Shown here piece after piece: positions 25,553 to 39,060 of a DNA stretch of 64,000 nt (position 1 is the first letter of the stretch; each line of letters starts with the position of its first letter). This DNA is from Balanoglossus misakiensis (Eukaryota; Animalia; Hemichordata), in NCBI GenBank assembly GCA_040954595.2, contig CM082594.2, positions 11,920,985 to 11,984,984 of the forward strand, written 5' to 3'. The position numbers were made by a program, and so were the translations under genes. A model generated the notes under the pieces. The model saw only the letters and a list, made by a program, of their open reading frames with translations, did no database searches and was not told the DNA's origin.

Positions 25553-26564
25553 ATAGGGTCCTGGAAGTGATGAGCGGTATTTCCATGGAAACGTGCAGAG
25601 TCTGTATATGTGTTAACATACATGTATGATATGTTGTGCAAACATGTATGGCGCCAACTTATTAAAACAGCACATTTGCTTTCCTCTTTTCTGCAAAATT
25701 CTTTTATGTTTCAAAGTTTATCGGTTAACCAACTGAAACGTAATGTCAAACGTTGACATTACTTTGCAACAGTTGGAGTTGCAAGGGAGATTACTGGCGC
25801 GAAATCTCAGATGACAAAAATCACCTAATACATGAATATAATAGACTATTACGTCCATTTCAAGCTTATGTTACAGTGGATACACATTGTGTATATGCAA
25901 AAAATGATATCAGAGCTTTTCAGCTTGCATTACATCAGAGGCTAATCTTTCAGCTGGTAATTCACTTTGGAAGACTGAAATAAATTTATACAAGATACAA
26001 TTGTAACTCTAACAAACTGTAAGTGTTAGTTCTGTTGATGATGTGTTCAATGCACAAACAACCCATTGTTATACCTATGGCCTTGTATTCCCCCTGCCTT
26101 GTAACTACATTGAGTGTGGCACGCTATGGGCGTCATGTTTTCCAATGGGTTGATGATGACATCTTAATGCACATTTTCCTACGCCATCCAGACTCGACTT
26201 AAAGCAAACACCTGCTCATTGACAATTCAGTCCCCACTCTCGTAGGAAAAGGCTATCTAATCCTCTCGCTCTTGGTTCGAATTATTCCATCTAGTAAATG
26301 TGAATAATTCACTCAGCATCAAGCGCCAGATTTTCAGTTTATTCTCCCATTTGATGAGAACAAATATTTGCCGTTTGTTGTATGCCAGTCTAATTCTATC
26401 AAACACCAAGGCTGACTAAAAGCTTATAAATCAGACTGAGTCGATAGTGTAAATTAGCAACTTGGGCTTTATCCCATTAGGAGTTAAAATGCATTAACTG
26501 TGAGGAATGTTTGCGCGACTGACAACAATCTTAGTTTTCCAGCAATGTTGTGGTTGGAACTTAA

Positions 26565-26780
26565 GGGAGTATGCAACTTGGGGACAGATCATCAGCAAAA
26601 TTATAGTCCTACCTTTCAATTCTTTGCTATATTAAAGTGTGTGAGGGTCTTTTGAAGACGAAGAAGAAAACAAGAATTTAATTGTCAGGCTTTTGAAATG
26701 AAATGAAATCACTAATTTAAATTTTCTTCATTGAGTTAACACACTAAGATTGTTGACAATTTTGAATTTCAAATTAGAGC
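26565..26780 (+). mobile_element. Kolobok-type non-autonomous element fragment, copy 2
   Basis: TTAA|GGGAGTATG...GGGGACAG start and collinear similarity to 4255-4450. Confidence 0.55.
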
Positions 26781-29209
26781 CAACTTTGTTCGAACTCATT
26801 CAACAATTTCCAAGCCATGTATCCCTGTATAATATGTGGGGTGTGGGTAATTTTTGCACTCCCCCATAAACTGCGAATGAGGACCTCACATTTGTGTTAT
26901 ATTATTAGAAACACAAACAGCGAATGATGAAACCATAATCCATATACTAAATGTGATATTTTAGAAAGCCAAGACAATACACAGTTTTATTGCTGAAACG
27001 TTATTATAGCAGTGACAAACTTGTGATCCAAATTTTTCATTCCAAGGCATAAAATTGAGGAGAGACACAGTGCTTCCTCTTGCCAGTCGAAGACCTCAGT
27101 TGATGGTTTGGCATTGGACTTTGTGTTTGATTGACTTACGGCAGAAACAAACTCTTACACATGGTTTTATCGCTTTGCTATTTTTGGGGAGTTTGAACAC
27201 TTGAGGGCGCCCCTCACTGTGTACATAATAAAATCTTTCAGTTTGACTTTACATTGTTGTAGACGGATGACAGTGGAATTCACACGTTTTGGTTAATGCA
27301 CTCTTAGAAGATAGCAATATAACTTGTAGACTCATAATGACAACAGCATCTGTATTGGAAGACAGTTAATTTACATTACATGGCGTGCAATATGTGTAAT
27401 CTGAAAAAGTTACAAAAGATGATAATTTCATGCGCTATTCAGTCCTCTGGCTTGGAGTCAATCATTTCACTGTTGTCTGAGTGTGATTGATGTTTTGTTT
27501 GCATTGAGTGAGGTACTGTACATCTTGGCCTGCTTCATTTGAGTTTACCTTTGGGTTGGCTTAGAGTAGATCATAAAAGCTGTAAGGTGTATCTTCTAAT
27601 TTCTGAAATAAAAACAGGTGTTATATTATGTACTGTAGTGAACCACAAAGTATGACTAGTAAAGCCTTGTAATAATATCATGGGCAAATAGTGTCTCAAA
27701 TTTTATCCTGTGTGAACCTGGTAATATATAGGTAAATAGGTAGATAGGCAGGTAGATAAATAAATAAATAAATAAACATGAATGTACTTATTAACATAAA
27801 ATATTCAAATTCTCTTATACTATTTAACAGATGTACAAGTATTCAAGTCTGAAATACAGCCTATAATTTTAAATATCAAAGTCTTTCGGATCATTCAGAC
27901 TAGTTACAGTGCTATTTTAATAGCGCTGTTGTGATTGTGAAGCAAAATACACTATTTTAGTTCATGTTATGAAGAAAGATAATTTAAATGCACTCTAGCT
28001 CTTTGAACCAGAAGCTACTCTACAGTATACTTCATTGCTTTGCAAAGATTCCTTCTTTTGAACCAAGAATTTTTCACTTTTTCGAGACACGTACCGTCAA
28101 TACTCCGTCTCATTTGGAAGCATTCCGGAGATCAAGCACCTTTAAAAAGCTGCCATTCTGTCAGAAATATAAGTGCACTATTTCCTGCAGACGCATTCGA
28201 CCTTCAAATTGCAGGAAGTCGGGTTCGTATTCAGCACATAGGAGTTACGGTGGCTTGCTTGATTAACCTTCAAGCGACAGTCGACAGCTGTTGAAGTCAT
28301 CAGCCGAGCCTGAAATGAATGTGACACGGGCTACACAACATGGATGAGTTTTTAACCCCTTCAGCTCATTACCACAACATGGGGTCACCTTCAGGGATGA
28401 TGAAAAATAGATTGCTCTTCACTCTCATGAAAACATGTCCCCAGTTGGTCGTTATCACATTGTTGCCATGGGTGGCGCTCTTTTTCAGACAGACTCTGGT
28501 CTCTGTCCTTCCTCTATTCAGTTTGTTTCAGTTGTGAAAAATAACTATTGGCCACATTCACAGTGTCTCCAAACTAAGGCTGTACTAAATGTTTTCTTAG
28601 ACTGCTTGCAGACTTTGATTTCTAATTAGCATTGCATGACATGAGTTTGTGAAGAAAAAAAAGGATGTTCCGCAATTTGGAAAGTAATCAATATGGCAAC
28701 ACAAGTACTCCCATTGTGCAGTCTGTAAACAATAATTGCACAGATTTAATTACAAATTTGCCCACGAGACTCTGTATGCTATAAGTTTAATAACCCTGAT
28801 GAGAGACTGAAAATGGCAAATGTCCAGTTTGCAAGATTCTTTCTGTCCCACATGACTACATGTACTCCTTTGTATGACAAGTCTTGTATACATATATGCA
28901 CAGTTCATTTTGACAGCGTATTCAAGTGCCCAGCCAATAATGGTAGAGATTTTTAAAATTATATTACCTTTGAAGACTAACATTCCAATTAAAAGAATAT
29001 AAAGCTGATACCAACGCTCGGCTCATGACAAGTTCCTTTGTAAAGCTAAAAATATGATAGCGCCCTCCACCGGTTGATATCATATCTTGATATCAGGATG
29101 TGTGCTGTTATTGTTGTTCATATGCTGAAGATTTATTTGGTAAAAATGATGTGAATCACACTTACGATAAAATCATTTTAATAAATAGATATTTTTATAG
29201 GACCAAATC

Positions 29210-29296
29210 TCATTCATTCATTCATTCATTCATTCATTCATTCATTCATTCATTCATTCATTCATTCATTCATTCATTCATTCATTCATCCATTCA
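29210..29296. repeat. (TCAT)n microsatellite, ~20 units
   Basis: Directly visible. Confidence 0.97.
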
Positions 29297-31039
29297 GATA
29301 GACAAACAGACAGGCAGATATGAACATACCAACTTTGGCATCCAGACAAACTGTAATGTTAAAACTCGTCATGGAATAAATGACAGAACACTTTTGACTT
29401 ATTTGATAAGCCATGAAGCCATCGCTGGATGTTTTGACATGAATGTAGGCGTATTCTTCCATATGTTTTCTTTCTGCAAATACATGATGTGCCTCATGTA
29501 GTTTCTAATCCACGCAGTGAAAAATAAACAGTAGTTGGAAATTGTTAGTCTAAAATTAAGGATCTGCAATCCTGGATACAGCCTTGCAATAAAAACGGCT
29601 AGATTCTAGAACAGACAAAATAGTCGAATGGTCCGTGGTATTTGATTCAAGGAATGAAGTTGTTAGCAATGTATTCATTTTACATGCATGCACTCATTAT
29701 TGGATCTAGTTTAGAATCATGATGCGTTAGGTCGTCATAACAGTGCTGTGCTAGACGACTAGGAAAAAAGTATTGAGATTATTGAGGTGTTCTGATGAGC
29801 GAAAAAGGGTGCTAAACCCATAGCTTTGACATTTTGAATAACCATCAACTCAGGCTGACAAGAGTGATTATGCAGTAAGATGAAAGAAGCTTTTCATCTA
29901 AGTAATTGAGTAAAATTTTACTGTGATCATAATCGTTTGATGTCTGTGTCTGGCAACACCTTTCCTGGGCAAATTGCGACTTGCCCACATTATTGGTTTC
30001 CGGTCTCTCACGTAAAAATTCCTCTGTGAATGTTAAACAGTTTTTGCTCACAAGAATGTAGTCATATTAGCCCATTGTGGGTTAGCTGTGACAATTTAGT
30101 GTACGTCGACATCAGCGATGTGTCAGCTTATCTCTGATGACATAACTGCGACTGTATACTGCAGCTGAGGAGACTGAGGCGAGACGGGTGTAACGTGGGA
30201 GGATTTGCATCGGGAAAATTTCGGTCTTTTGGTAGGACTAATTCGCTTGGCTAAGACTGAGGGGTACCTATACAGAAATTTCTGAAAAAAAAAATAATTT
30301 CTCAAAGTTGAAGTTTAACCTTGTAACCACCTGAAAGGTAACACGCTTTAAGGCTGTGCTCACATGTGTAAAAATTGCCTCTTTGGGTGTATGGTCTGAA
30401 ATCATGTAACACATTTTGCCTTATTCATGTAAATCAAAGTCGAGCTGTTTTCGGACAAATTTACGAAGGTAAGAGTCAGAACAGGCACATAATTCTTTGC
30501 TCTCAAATTTATAATTAATGCACTTAACTTTCTTTTGGCCTGATTAATAACGTGATGTAATCACTACTTTACTCAATAAAATGCCAATGATTAGAATTGG
30601 TCGTACTCTTTTTTTTACATTATTCTTTAAAACCTAATTCATCACTGCCTACGCAGTTCTTATCCCACCGCGTTCCGTCGACCATGCCATCACAAAGTTT
30701 TCTGAGACAGTCTGATGTTAGATAAGTTTTGAGAATTTCCCAGGGGCGATATTAAAACGCGTTCAAACAAAGATGTACACTTTTTAATAGCAAAAACAAA
30801 TCAGAATCACGGCATAGATCATACTGATAGCATCGACAATGCGTTTCAAGAGAGGAGCGAACCATCTCAGTTGATGATCTTGCCAAGTTCTCTGTATACA
30901 TCTGGCGAATCGATTATGCGATAACCAAATACAACGAGGTCGTTCGTTGTGGTGCATGCAAAATCAAAGAGAAGGACTGTTGTATGAGGAGGTATTTCCT
31001 AATTAATATAAAATATGCACCCAGAAAATCTTAAAGCTT

Positions 31040-31195
31040 TTCTCATATTTTGCTCAAGGTAACTTTATATTTTTCTCTCTTAATATAGATTATTCTCTCT
31101 TAATATTAAGAATAAACATTTGGGGTCCAATGTAAAATTTGAATGAGAATGCCTAATTGTCAAAAAATTTACATTCAAAATGGCCGCCGGTCTCT
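31040..31195 (-). mobile_element. Related Kolobok-type element fragment, inverted
   Basis: Reverse complement contains ggcggccattttgaat and aatataaagttaccttga, matching 4427-4442 and ~4529-4546. Confidence 0.45.
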
Positions 31196-32251
31196 ATGAG
31201 AAAAAATTTAAGTAGTAATTTTTATGTACCCCTTGTTTTCTTCTCTGTATTCAACAAGCAAAGAATCAAAGCTTAAAGGGACAAAGTCTCTCTCTCGCTG
31301 CCCTTTTCCCATTATTTACATTTGATACAAGACACCGTTTATGTTGTTCTACATGCTGCATTTTAAGAACAAATGTACCATTTGTGCGTTTTGCGCATTT
31401 ATAGATGCTTTGTATTGTGTATTAATTATAATGCTTTGTATACAGAGTCTAGTCATATTAAACAGGGACCACACATGGCCTGCCCCAACATATATCTACT
31501 TTTATATACTGGGATTTGAATTTTAAAAGGTATGGGTGCAGCAGTTGCAAAAAATTAGATTTATGTTCAACATTTGATATATTTGCTAGCTTAAGTTATT
31601 TTTAATAAGACTGCGCATCGGATTTCTCGTAGATCGTTAATTTTAATGATATATTCTATCAGCTGTTGTTTCAGCTGCGTGTGATTACATAAAGAAAATT
31701 TGTGGCTGCAGTGTTTTGTTCCTCAAATGGGTAAAAAGACATCTAAAAGTATTTTAACTCTTATCAAAAATTTCCCTACTTACATCACCGCCATTCAACA
31801 TCATAACAAAACTAATACTGTTTATTTGACTAATTAAAGGTAAAGTCTGATAAAAAACAGTGTGAATGTTGACTGTGCCAAGCAAGATCAATATATTTAT
31901 GTGAGCAATATATGTCGCTGTATCCACTGAGTCTCTTGATATTAATGTGTACATGTGGCCATGTGTATATGACTTGTGCGAATATGTAAATGTCACACCT
32001 ATGTTAATATCACTTGAAAAAAAATGTGCTGTGGTATTTAATAATCAACACAGTCAATTGGTTTAGTTAAATAATCTTGCTAAATTGTTTATTACACAAT
32101 GTACACCTATGAATTAGATGTGAAGACCATCACTGCACTTGCTTGATAAAGACAGGTAGCAGTTTCAAAAACTGTCTGTGAACGGCGCCACAGGCAATTC
32201 GCTTATGATTTTATTACGTGCTTCTCAAAGCACCTGCATAGCTTTTTTCAG

Positions 32252-32718
32252 ATTTGAACATTTTAATAATGGCATGATAAAACTTCTATAAAATAAACAA
32301 AAGAATCAGCCTGATGAGGAGACATGGTGTCTTTTTGTGACGTATAACTCCCAAACACATGTGCAGGTGAAAACTATAGACTTCCAACTTTGGGAGCAAC
32401 TTTGTTGTATAATTTGGCTCAAACCTTCCCGATACAACCAGATCATAATCAGCCTGCCGAAAAATAACTCAATGCTTGGAACAGAATATCTTAAAATGAG
32501 CCTTGAGTCACAGCGATTTGAGTTGTGCTGTGACATTTATATAAACAACGCTGTGAAATTTGCAAAGAACTGTAATTATAAACTCATACTGAAGGGGTAA
32601 GATAGTTCTTCATATGAAGAATACATTCGTATTTTTAAGCTGATAAATCATCTGGCTGAAAATCAAGTTATTCGTGCATCAAGTGCTGTAGTGTAATGCC
32701 TTGCCAGTCTCGTTAGGC
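32252..32718 (+). pseudogene. AID/APOBEC-like deaminase pseudogene
   Basis: After acceptor ttttttcag the frame reads FEHFNNG...*...PDEETWCLFV (F..F.N and ETYLCY-like strand 1). PAEK in a shifted frame at 32453-32464 (HAE with CAT>CCT). Then CDIYINN|AVKFAKNCNYKLIL with the SPCxxC segment missing at 32549/32550, then LINHLAENQVI...*CLASLV. Motifs are in canonical order; multiple stops. Confidence 0.6.
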
Positions 32719-34306
32719 AAGTTGCAACTCTAGTGTTTGAAGAACGAAAATAAGTCACATGCTTTATTCTAAATTTAGAAATAGAGCGAATTTTTTTCCT
32801 CACAATATTTCAAATGAGTTGCGCCAAATACCCAACATTGGATTCTTGTTGATCGGCTTTCATCAATGTGAATTAAGTATTACTTGAATGAGATTGAAAG
32901 CCGTGGTTTGATAAATCTGTCACATGTGTCTCTGATGGAAAATTGTGAAAGAAAATATTCGATGTGCCAGATTACAAGAATACACTGAATTTTTAATACT
33001 CCAGAGTTGCATATATCTATCTGTATGTAGGTCTTGTTTAGGAACTGCTGTGGTGTTTCTGAGGGATTACTGTCTCAAATAAAAGATTCAAATGGCATAC
33101 CCCAGGGATACAAGAAAACAAACCAGGGATTAAAAGTCAAACTTGGACAAGTTAATAGTAACATTTCACTTGTACATGTACGACCTTATGTCGGTTACTT
33201 AGTTCCCGTAATTTCCTGTTTTGTGACAAGATTAGTGTTCCTCTGTCTTCGTTTTATAATTGAACAGATTTCGATGCCTTTGGCGTGATGAAATAAACAT
33301 GTTACTAAATATGTAAATTTTCATCGGAAGAGTCTCTCTATGATTAGTGAGCTTCGATATCAATTAATGCCGTAAACTTGTTTTTCTTGAAGGCTGAGAC
33401 GTTAGGAAAATGATATTAAAACCTTGTTTGGTGAAGTTACAGTTCTGTAGGAGTCTAGACAGATTTCAAAACATCAACGCGATATAGTCCCCGTAAAGTA
33501 GCAAATGCTGTTGTTATGCAGTTATGCAGGTCAAAGATCCCATCTCCTTACACTGTAAGAGAAAGCTGCGTAAAGACAATGCAGCTTGAACTTCAATACC
33601 TGTTTTTCAGTTTTGAGTGACATGTGAGAGAATATTATTAGCCAAAATTAACAATGATCATATTTTTCTTACAAGACTGGCCTATTGCATCACATTATAA
33701 AATGTGAGTAATGTCAGCATTTTACCATGACTACTAAATCTGTACATGGACATCAGGCTCGGTGCAGATCTCAAACTACTGTACAGAAAATAATGAAACG
33801 ATTTATAGATTTTCTGCCTGATAAGTGTATTTGTTTCTTGGGATGATGATGACTCATCGAGTCAAGCTTGGCTATCAAAAGCCATGATGTATTTTGTGAG
33901 TGGCTATCTAAGTTTAATGCTTCCTCTGAATGTATACACGTGTTCACATGTTAAAAAATCCAATGGTGCACTTGGTCAGACTCGGCATTTGCAAATGAAG
34001 GAACAGCCCCTGATCACACGTAAATAATTGTCCACTGAGGGGTCTTGTCTTTGTCGCTGGTCTGGTCTATCTTTCGTACACCCTCTCTGTGAATTTTTAA
34101 ATTTTACTGCATTGTGCAATTTATCCAAATACATAATAGCATATTCTGATGATAGCTGATGACGTGATAATGTAGAAAACTTATGCTGAGGCCTGATACA
34201 CATCTGATTGAGCTTCAACCATGCCCGTGCAGCAAAATAAAAGCACTGATTGAGGAAGTTGTATTCCAAATTAACGCCCGCTCAATTTTAAAAGTTTTAA
34301 TATTTA

Positions 34307-34449
34307 AGCAATAAAACACCCCCAGCCATGGTATACCACGAGATTTTGACCAGTTCACGACATATACGCACGAGCGATAGCGAGTGCGTATATGGAGTTG
34401 AACTGGTCAAAATCGAGTGGTATACCATGGCTGGGGGTGTTTTATTGCT
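34307..34449. mobile_element. Foldback (long hairpin) repeat, probably the core of a non-autonomous element extending to ~34618
   Basis: agcaataaaacacccccagccatggtataccac... pairs with ...gtggtataccatggctgggggtgttttattgct; arms ~70 bp, GATA loop. No clear TSD seen. Confidence 0.75.
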
Positions 34450-37400
34450 ATTATATTATGCCAGTATATTGAAACTTTGCATAAAACATTTTAAAAAGGC
34501 ATTTTCTTTGACTATGATATATGACTGTGGTATATGGCTAATATATCACGGTCACATGTCGTGTCTCGACCAATCAAATAGCTTGATTTACACCATCAAT
34601 ATACTGGTATAATATAATTGCCAATAATTGTTCTTTACTGGCCGTGGAATATTACACCGTTGGAGGTCGATGGTATCACAATTGCGTTACAGCATTGATC
34701 AAATCAAATGGATGGGAATTAATGTGGGTTGGCAGGAAATATATCCTGATTAAACTGCCAGTGATATGTTAAACTGATTGGTACTTCGATGTCATTTGTC
34801 TTTTAGTTTTGTTATCAAAGTCCATGTGATGCTTATTTAATGCTCGCAGAAGAGTCGCCTGACGCGTGGGCATTTCTTAAGTATCGCTCCTTATATCAAA
34901 ACTAGCAAGCCCACACAAGTTTACTTTCATCTTCCTATGCATGATTTATTACTATCACGTGATAGTAAAATAGTCTACTGGCCATATAAATAGGCATTAC
35001 TGCAACATTGTACAGCTCTTGTAATGGTTTCAATCAGGTCACATTATAGACATAGGTATGCTGTATTTTATTACTTACGTGATATGGCTAGTAATTGAAC
35101 CACTGTCAACCAGTTGTTTGCACAAATCTTCATGGTTTGACTATTTATGCTCGACAATGTCAATAATAATCGATTTTAGAAAATACGAATTAAAGTTATC
35201 TAGATCTAATTATAGGATACATGCCATGATCAATCAATACCAGTGCAGTTTACAAGAGTCGCAAGGCCATAAGATAAAACCAATCAAGAAAAATATCCTG
35301 AGAGTGAAACTTCAACATAATTGTTTTCAGTGCAGGATGTATCTTACGTACGTCCATTTTGTGCTGGACAGACACTTGATAACACCAATGTCAAAGTTTA
35401 TGTTACTTGCACTTGATGGATGAAATGCTTGACCAACTCTTAAGACCTTTCCAAAATTATGAGCGTCTTTTTCATCTGAGTAAATAAATCAAAGTGACTA
35501 TTTTAATATCGTAAATATGTAAACTATGGAAATGCAATGAAACATGCAACAGAACCCATAAACCATGGTTATCACCATGACAGATTATCACCATAGGCTG
35601 TGTCGACTAATGTCTGCGTTTTGTTTTACAGTGGCATAGGGACGTATAATGATGTTAGGAAAAGAATGTCGCATTGACAGAAACCACTGCATGAGAAGGA
35701 CTCAAAAGATGTCAGGTGCAAAATGTTAATAATCACAAAATATCGACACCATAAAACTCTTTATTCTGTCAGGAATCGAGTATATCTTGGTTTATGCTCT
35801 AATCTTTATCATAACTCAAAGATATTATGTACACTAATTCAAAGATTAATTACTCAAATTTACTGTAATTATTACTGAATAGCTTTATGTGGCATACAAA
35901 TTTTCTAGCCAAGCCATCCCTGACAGCATTACCGTAGACCTGGTATCATTAAATTTAAGACTGCCCATTGATAGCAATAGTGCAAAGCACGTATAAACCC
36001 ATGTGTATTTGACTAGCATACAAACACTTCCACATAGCACAATATTTAAAAACGGCATTTCTGGAAAAAGTCAAAGTACAGTTACAGACAAAGTGTACAC
36101 ATTGACCAGTAAGTTGAGCAGACACACACCAGAATTTGTATTATGCCAGCTGAGCAGACATACTCAATAAAGTAATGGCGAAAATTACGTTTATTCGAAA
36201 TAACTGCTCCTCGAGTGACGCAATTGAAATGAAGTGACTGCCTAATAAGTTGAAAGCGCCGTTTGTAGTAAGCCCTTCTCAGTTTCTTTAAACTACACAT
36301 ATATTAGATTTTAACAAGTGAAAACCTCGTTAAGATTCAATCTGCAACATTGATGTTCCATTTCCGTCGAATTACTCAGAAACTCAGGAGAGCCCATAAA
36401 TCACAGCTCGTTCTCTACTCATGCACTCTAGGGATCCTCAGCATGTCGCCCAACTTGTCTTTTTCCAATCCGTTCATGCAAATCCCATAAACCCGTGTCT
36501 TACCATTAAGGCTCTCCCCCAAGTGTGGCTTTTAAATATTTCTTTTTATTGTCGGTAGCTATGAACTGTAGTAAACTGTCATTCGTTCACAGCCAGCGGT
36601 ACAACTCTGCGTCACCCAACTCAATAATGGAAAACCAGGACGGGACAGCATAGCCTAAAAGAGACTAGTAGCCGTTGAGAATATACATGTAACACCAAAA
36701 ATGGAATGTTGAAAGTGTTCTAAGATCAACTCTTTTGATACAAGTATGAATGTGTCTTTTATAGCATATGACGTCAAAGGACTCTTTCGTCTGAAACATT
36801 TCTCATAATTAGCTTGATCACACATTCACACGTTTGAAAAACCCAATATGTATTTCATCCAAGATAAATCAATTAAATACATGTAGTAGACGAAAAATGG
36901 TTGACGTGCTATAAACATCCCTTATGCGTTCGTTTGGAAATGGAAAAATAAAACATGGGATGTTTAATTAATTCAAAGACAAAAATATTGTCAGTATGGG
37001 GTTTTCCTTCGACTTAAAAACAGACTGTGGATACTATGACATTTCAAAAGGCTTAAAGATGTGTTTTCAAAGTTCTTGTCTAAAAAATATATTAAAAAAG
37101 TGACATACAGCTGGTCAGTTTATTTGAACTTTTGATGATAAGAGAAAAACAAACCAACAATTGATAAATTTGCTAGCAAAAGAAAAATCAAAATTATTGG
37201 TTGCGGGAATTAAGCAGATCATTCCGTTGACTTTTAAATAAAAAAAAGCCTTTTAAAACAGTCGTCTTAAACTGTCATGCGCAGATTTGTCTTTGCTTCA
37301 CTGATTTATTGTCTCTGAATGGCTACAAGCACATCTCTCATTAAAATTGACAGTCAGCGGTTCAAACTGGGTCAGAAGTCGTCTGATATGGCTACACATC

Positions 37401-38659
37401 ACGAAAGGGTGGACTATTTTAAAAGCTCATCTCTGGCGAGGAGTACTTTGATGCGAAAGAGGTAGTCAGCCAACACTGACAATCTATACTTCAACACGCA
37501 GCAGGATGCTGACACTTTAATGGGTTTACATTTCTAAACTTACAAAGACGGCAACCGTGTAAATGTTTTTACGTATAATCACTGGGGTGCCAAGAAAGGC
37601 GTCACAAGATGAGGAACTGTAACCATATGTACCAAAGAAATTTACACATTTACCTATATAACTTGCGAATTGTGGATATTTTTGAATTATAATGCATGAA
37701 CAAAATTTAGTGTCCCCATGTAATAACTTCAAACTATGGTAGCTTTTCAATTGGAAACAGCATATACATTGGGTGTTTTAAATCCCACAGCAGAATCACA
37801 GAATGAACATCGGTGTACATGTAGTATATGTTTGGCCGGTGTTTCATCTTTCCTCTGGTAATCTACTGAAACTGGGCATGGGAAATGTAAGAATGGTTTT
37901 GGAACACTGGTACTAAGGAACTATTTACCATCGGTCAAAATTCATTTTCTAATCAGCAGCAACAAAAACCTGTTATTACATAAATGGGAAATTGCAATCA
38001 AGCCGTTTCTGGAATAATCATGGTGCCCTGTTTATACATGTCTTGCGTTGATTAGTAATGACCTCAAATTCAGTGCAGTATGGCAAATTATCCTGAAGCT
38101 TCCTCTCGGTTGAAGTGATAAATAAATCTGCACTTGCAGGTATTTGAGTCAGCCCTGTTTACTTCTTTGAAGTGAACGTTTTATGCAAAATTCAAATAGA
38201 AAAGGAAAGTATTTGTGTTTAAGCTGTAAAATTATAAATATTTCATTCTACAGGATGTTTAACATAAAAAAACTGGTGCACACCATGTAGGACTGATCAT
38301 GAAAACACATCCAAGCGATTACCCAAACAATCCAGTAAGCTTGTTGGGGTTCTTAAAACCATTAGCCTTTCATCCGGGATTAATTTAAGTCCAGGTGTGG
38401 ATTTAAACGAATAAAATATAGTTTTCCCCTGAGGTTTGGAGCTTTATGCTCACGTCAACATAACATGCAGGTATAAACACCACAAACAACAATTGTTAAT
38501 GTTACAATACCTCGATATTAAAAAAACTTCCTTTATATTATTTTTAAAAATGTTACTGTTTGCGGTTTGTGTTGTATTACTATGCAACTTAATTCCCACA
38601 GAGCCACTTTTCGAGTGAAAAGTTAGTGTAACAATACTACAAATAGTTTGCGCAATACG

Positions 38660-39060
38660 AAGACATTGCTAAACCGTTTTGATTTTCTGCAGTTTTCTCA
38701 AATCGGTGTAAAGATGCTCCAGTTGGTGCAGGCAATGGGCCAAACAAGGACTCGTACTAAGGTAAATTGTAGCCGAGCATTCAGTTTTCCCAGTATAAGA
38801 AAAACTTTGCAAGGCCGCGCAAAGCATGGATGCTTTCGGCATTTAATTGAATCTGTATACAGAACATTCATCTACGAGAATCACAGCTCTATCGGCCGTA
38901 TGCTATTCCGGATGACATGCACCAAACTGAATGACGACAAAGTTACCCACTTATTGTGCATTTGTTTAGCAAGGCATACTGTTGCAAATGGCTTTATCAG
39001 TATATCCAGTGACCCTGAATATTTTTCTTTCTGACTCAACGACTTCTAAAGATATCTCAA
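38660..39060 (-). pseudogene. Zinc-dependent cytidine-deaminase-fold (AID/APOBEC-like) pseudogene
   Basis: Minus strand reads ...NFVVIQF...RAVILVDECS...[NAE, 38843-38835, shifted frame]ASMLCAALQSFSYTGKTECSATIYLSTSPCLAHCLHQLEHL. This is HxE-x28-PC-x3-C with H>N and a frameshift. TIYLSTSPC closely matches the AID/APOBEC T.Y.S.SPC motif. Several stops. Confidence 0.6.

Noticed and set aside
25753-26500. Coding-looking + strand stretch (also 27988-28540, 41950-42290, 43250-43520)
   Set aside because: Possibly further pseudogene debris, but I could not recognise any family motif, so no call is made.
27215-27221. CACTGTG (RSS/Transib heptamer) at the end of a repeat-like block 26820-27221
   Set aside because: No matching opposite terminus, nonamer or TSD found; a 7-mer is expected by chance several times in 64 kb.
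35631-35720. Candidate GC exon 2 after acceptor ttttgttttacag (contains RIMML)
   Set aside because: In the phase required by the exon-1 donor it hits a TAG stop at the third codon; no GxYVF-like motif follows.
38648-39034. 128-aa + strand ORF
   Set aside because: No recognisable motifs; it is the antisense shadow of the minus-strand deaminase relic.
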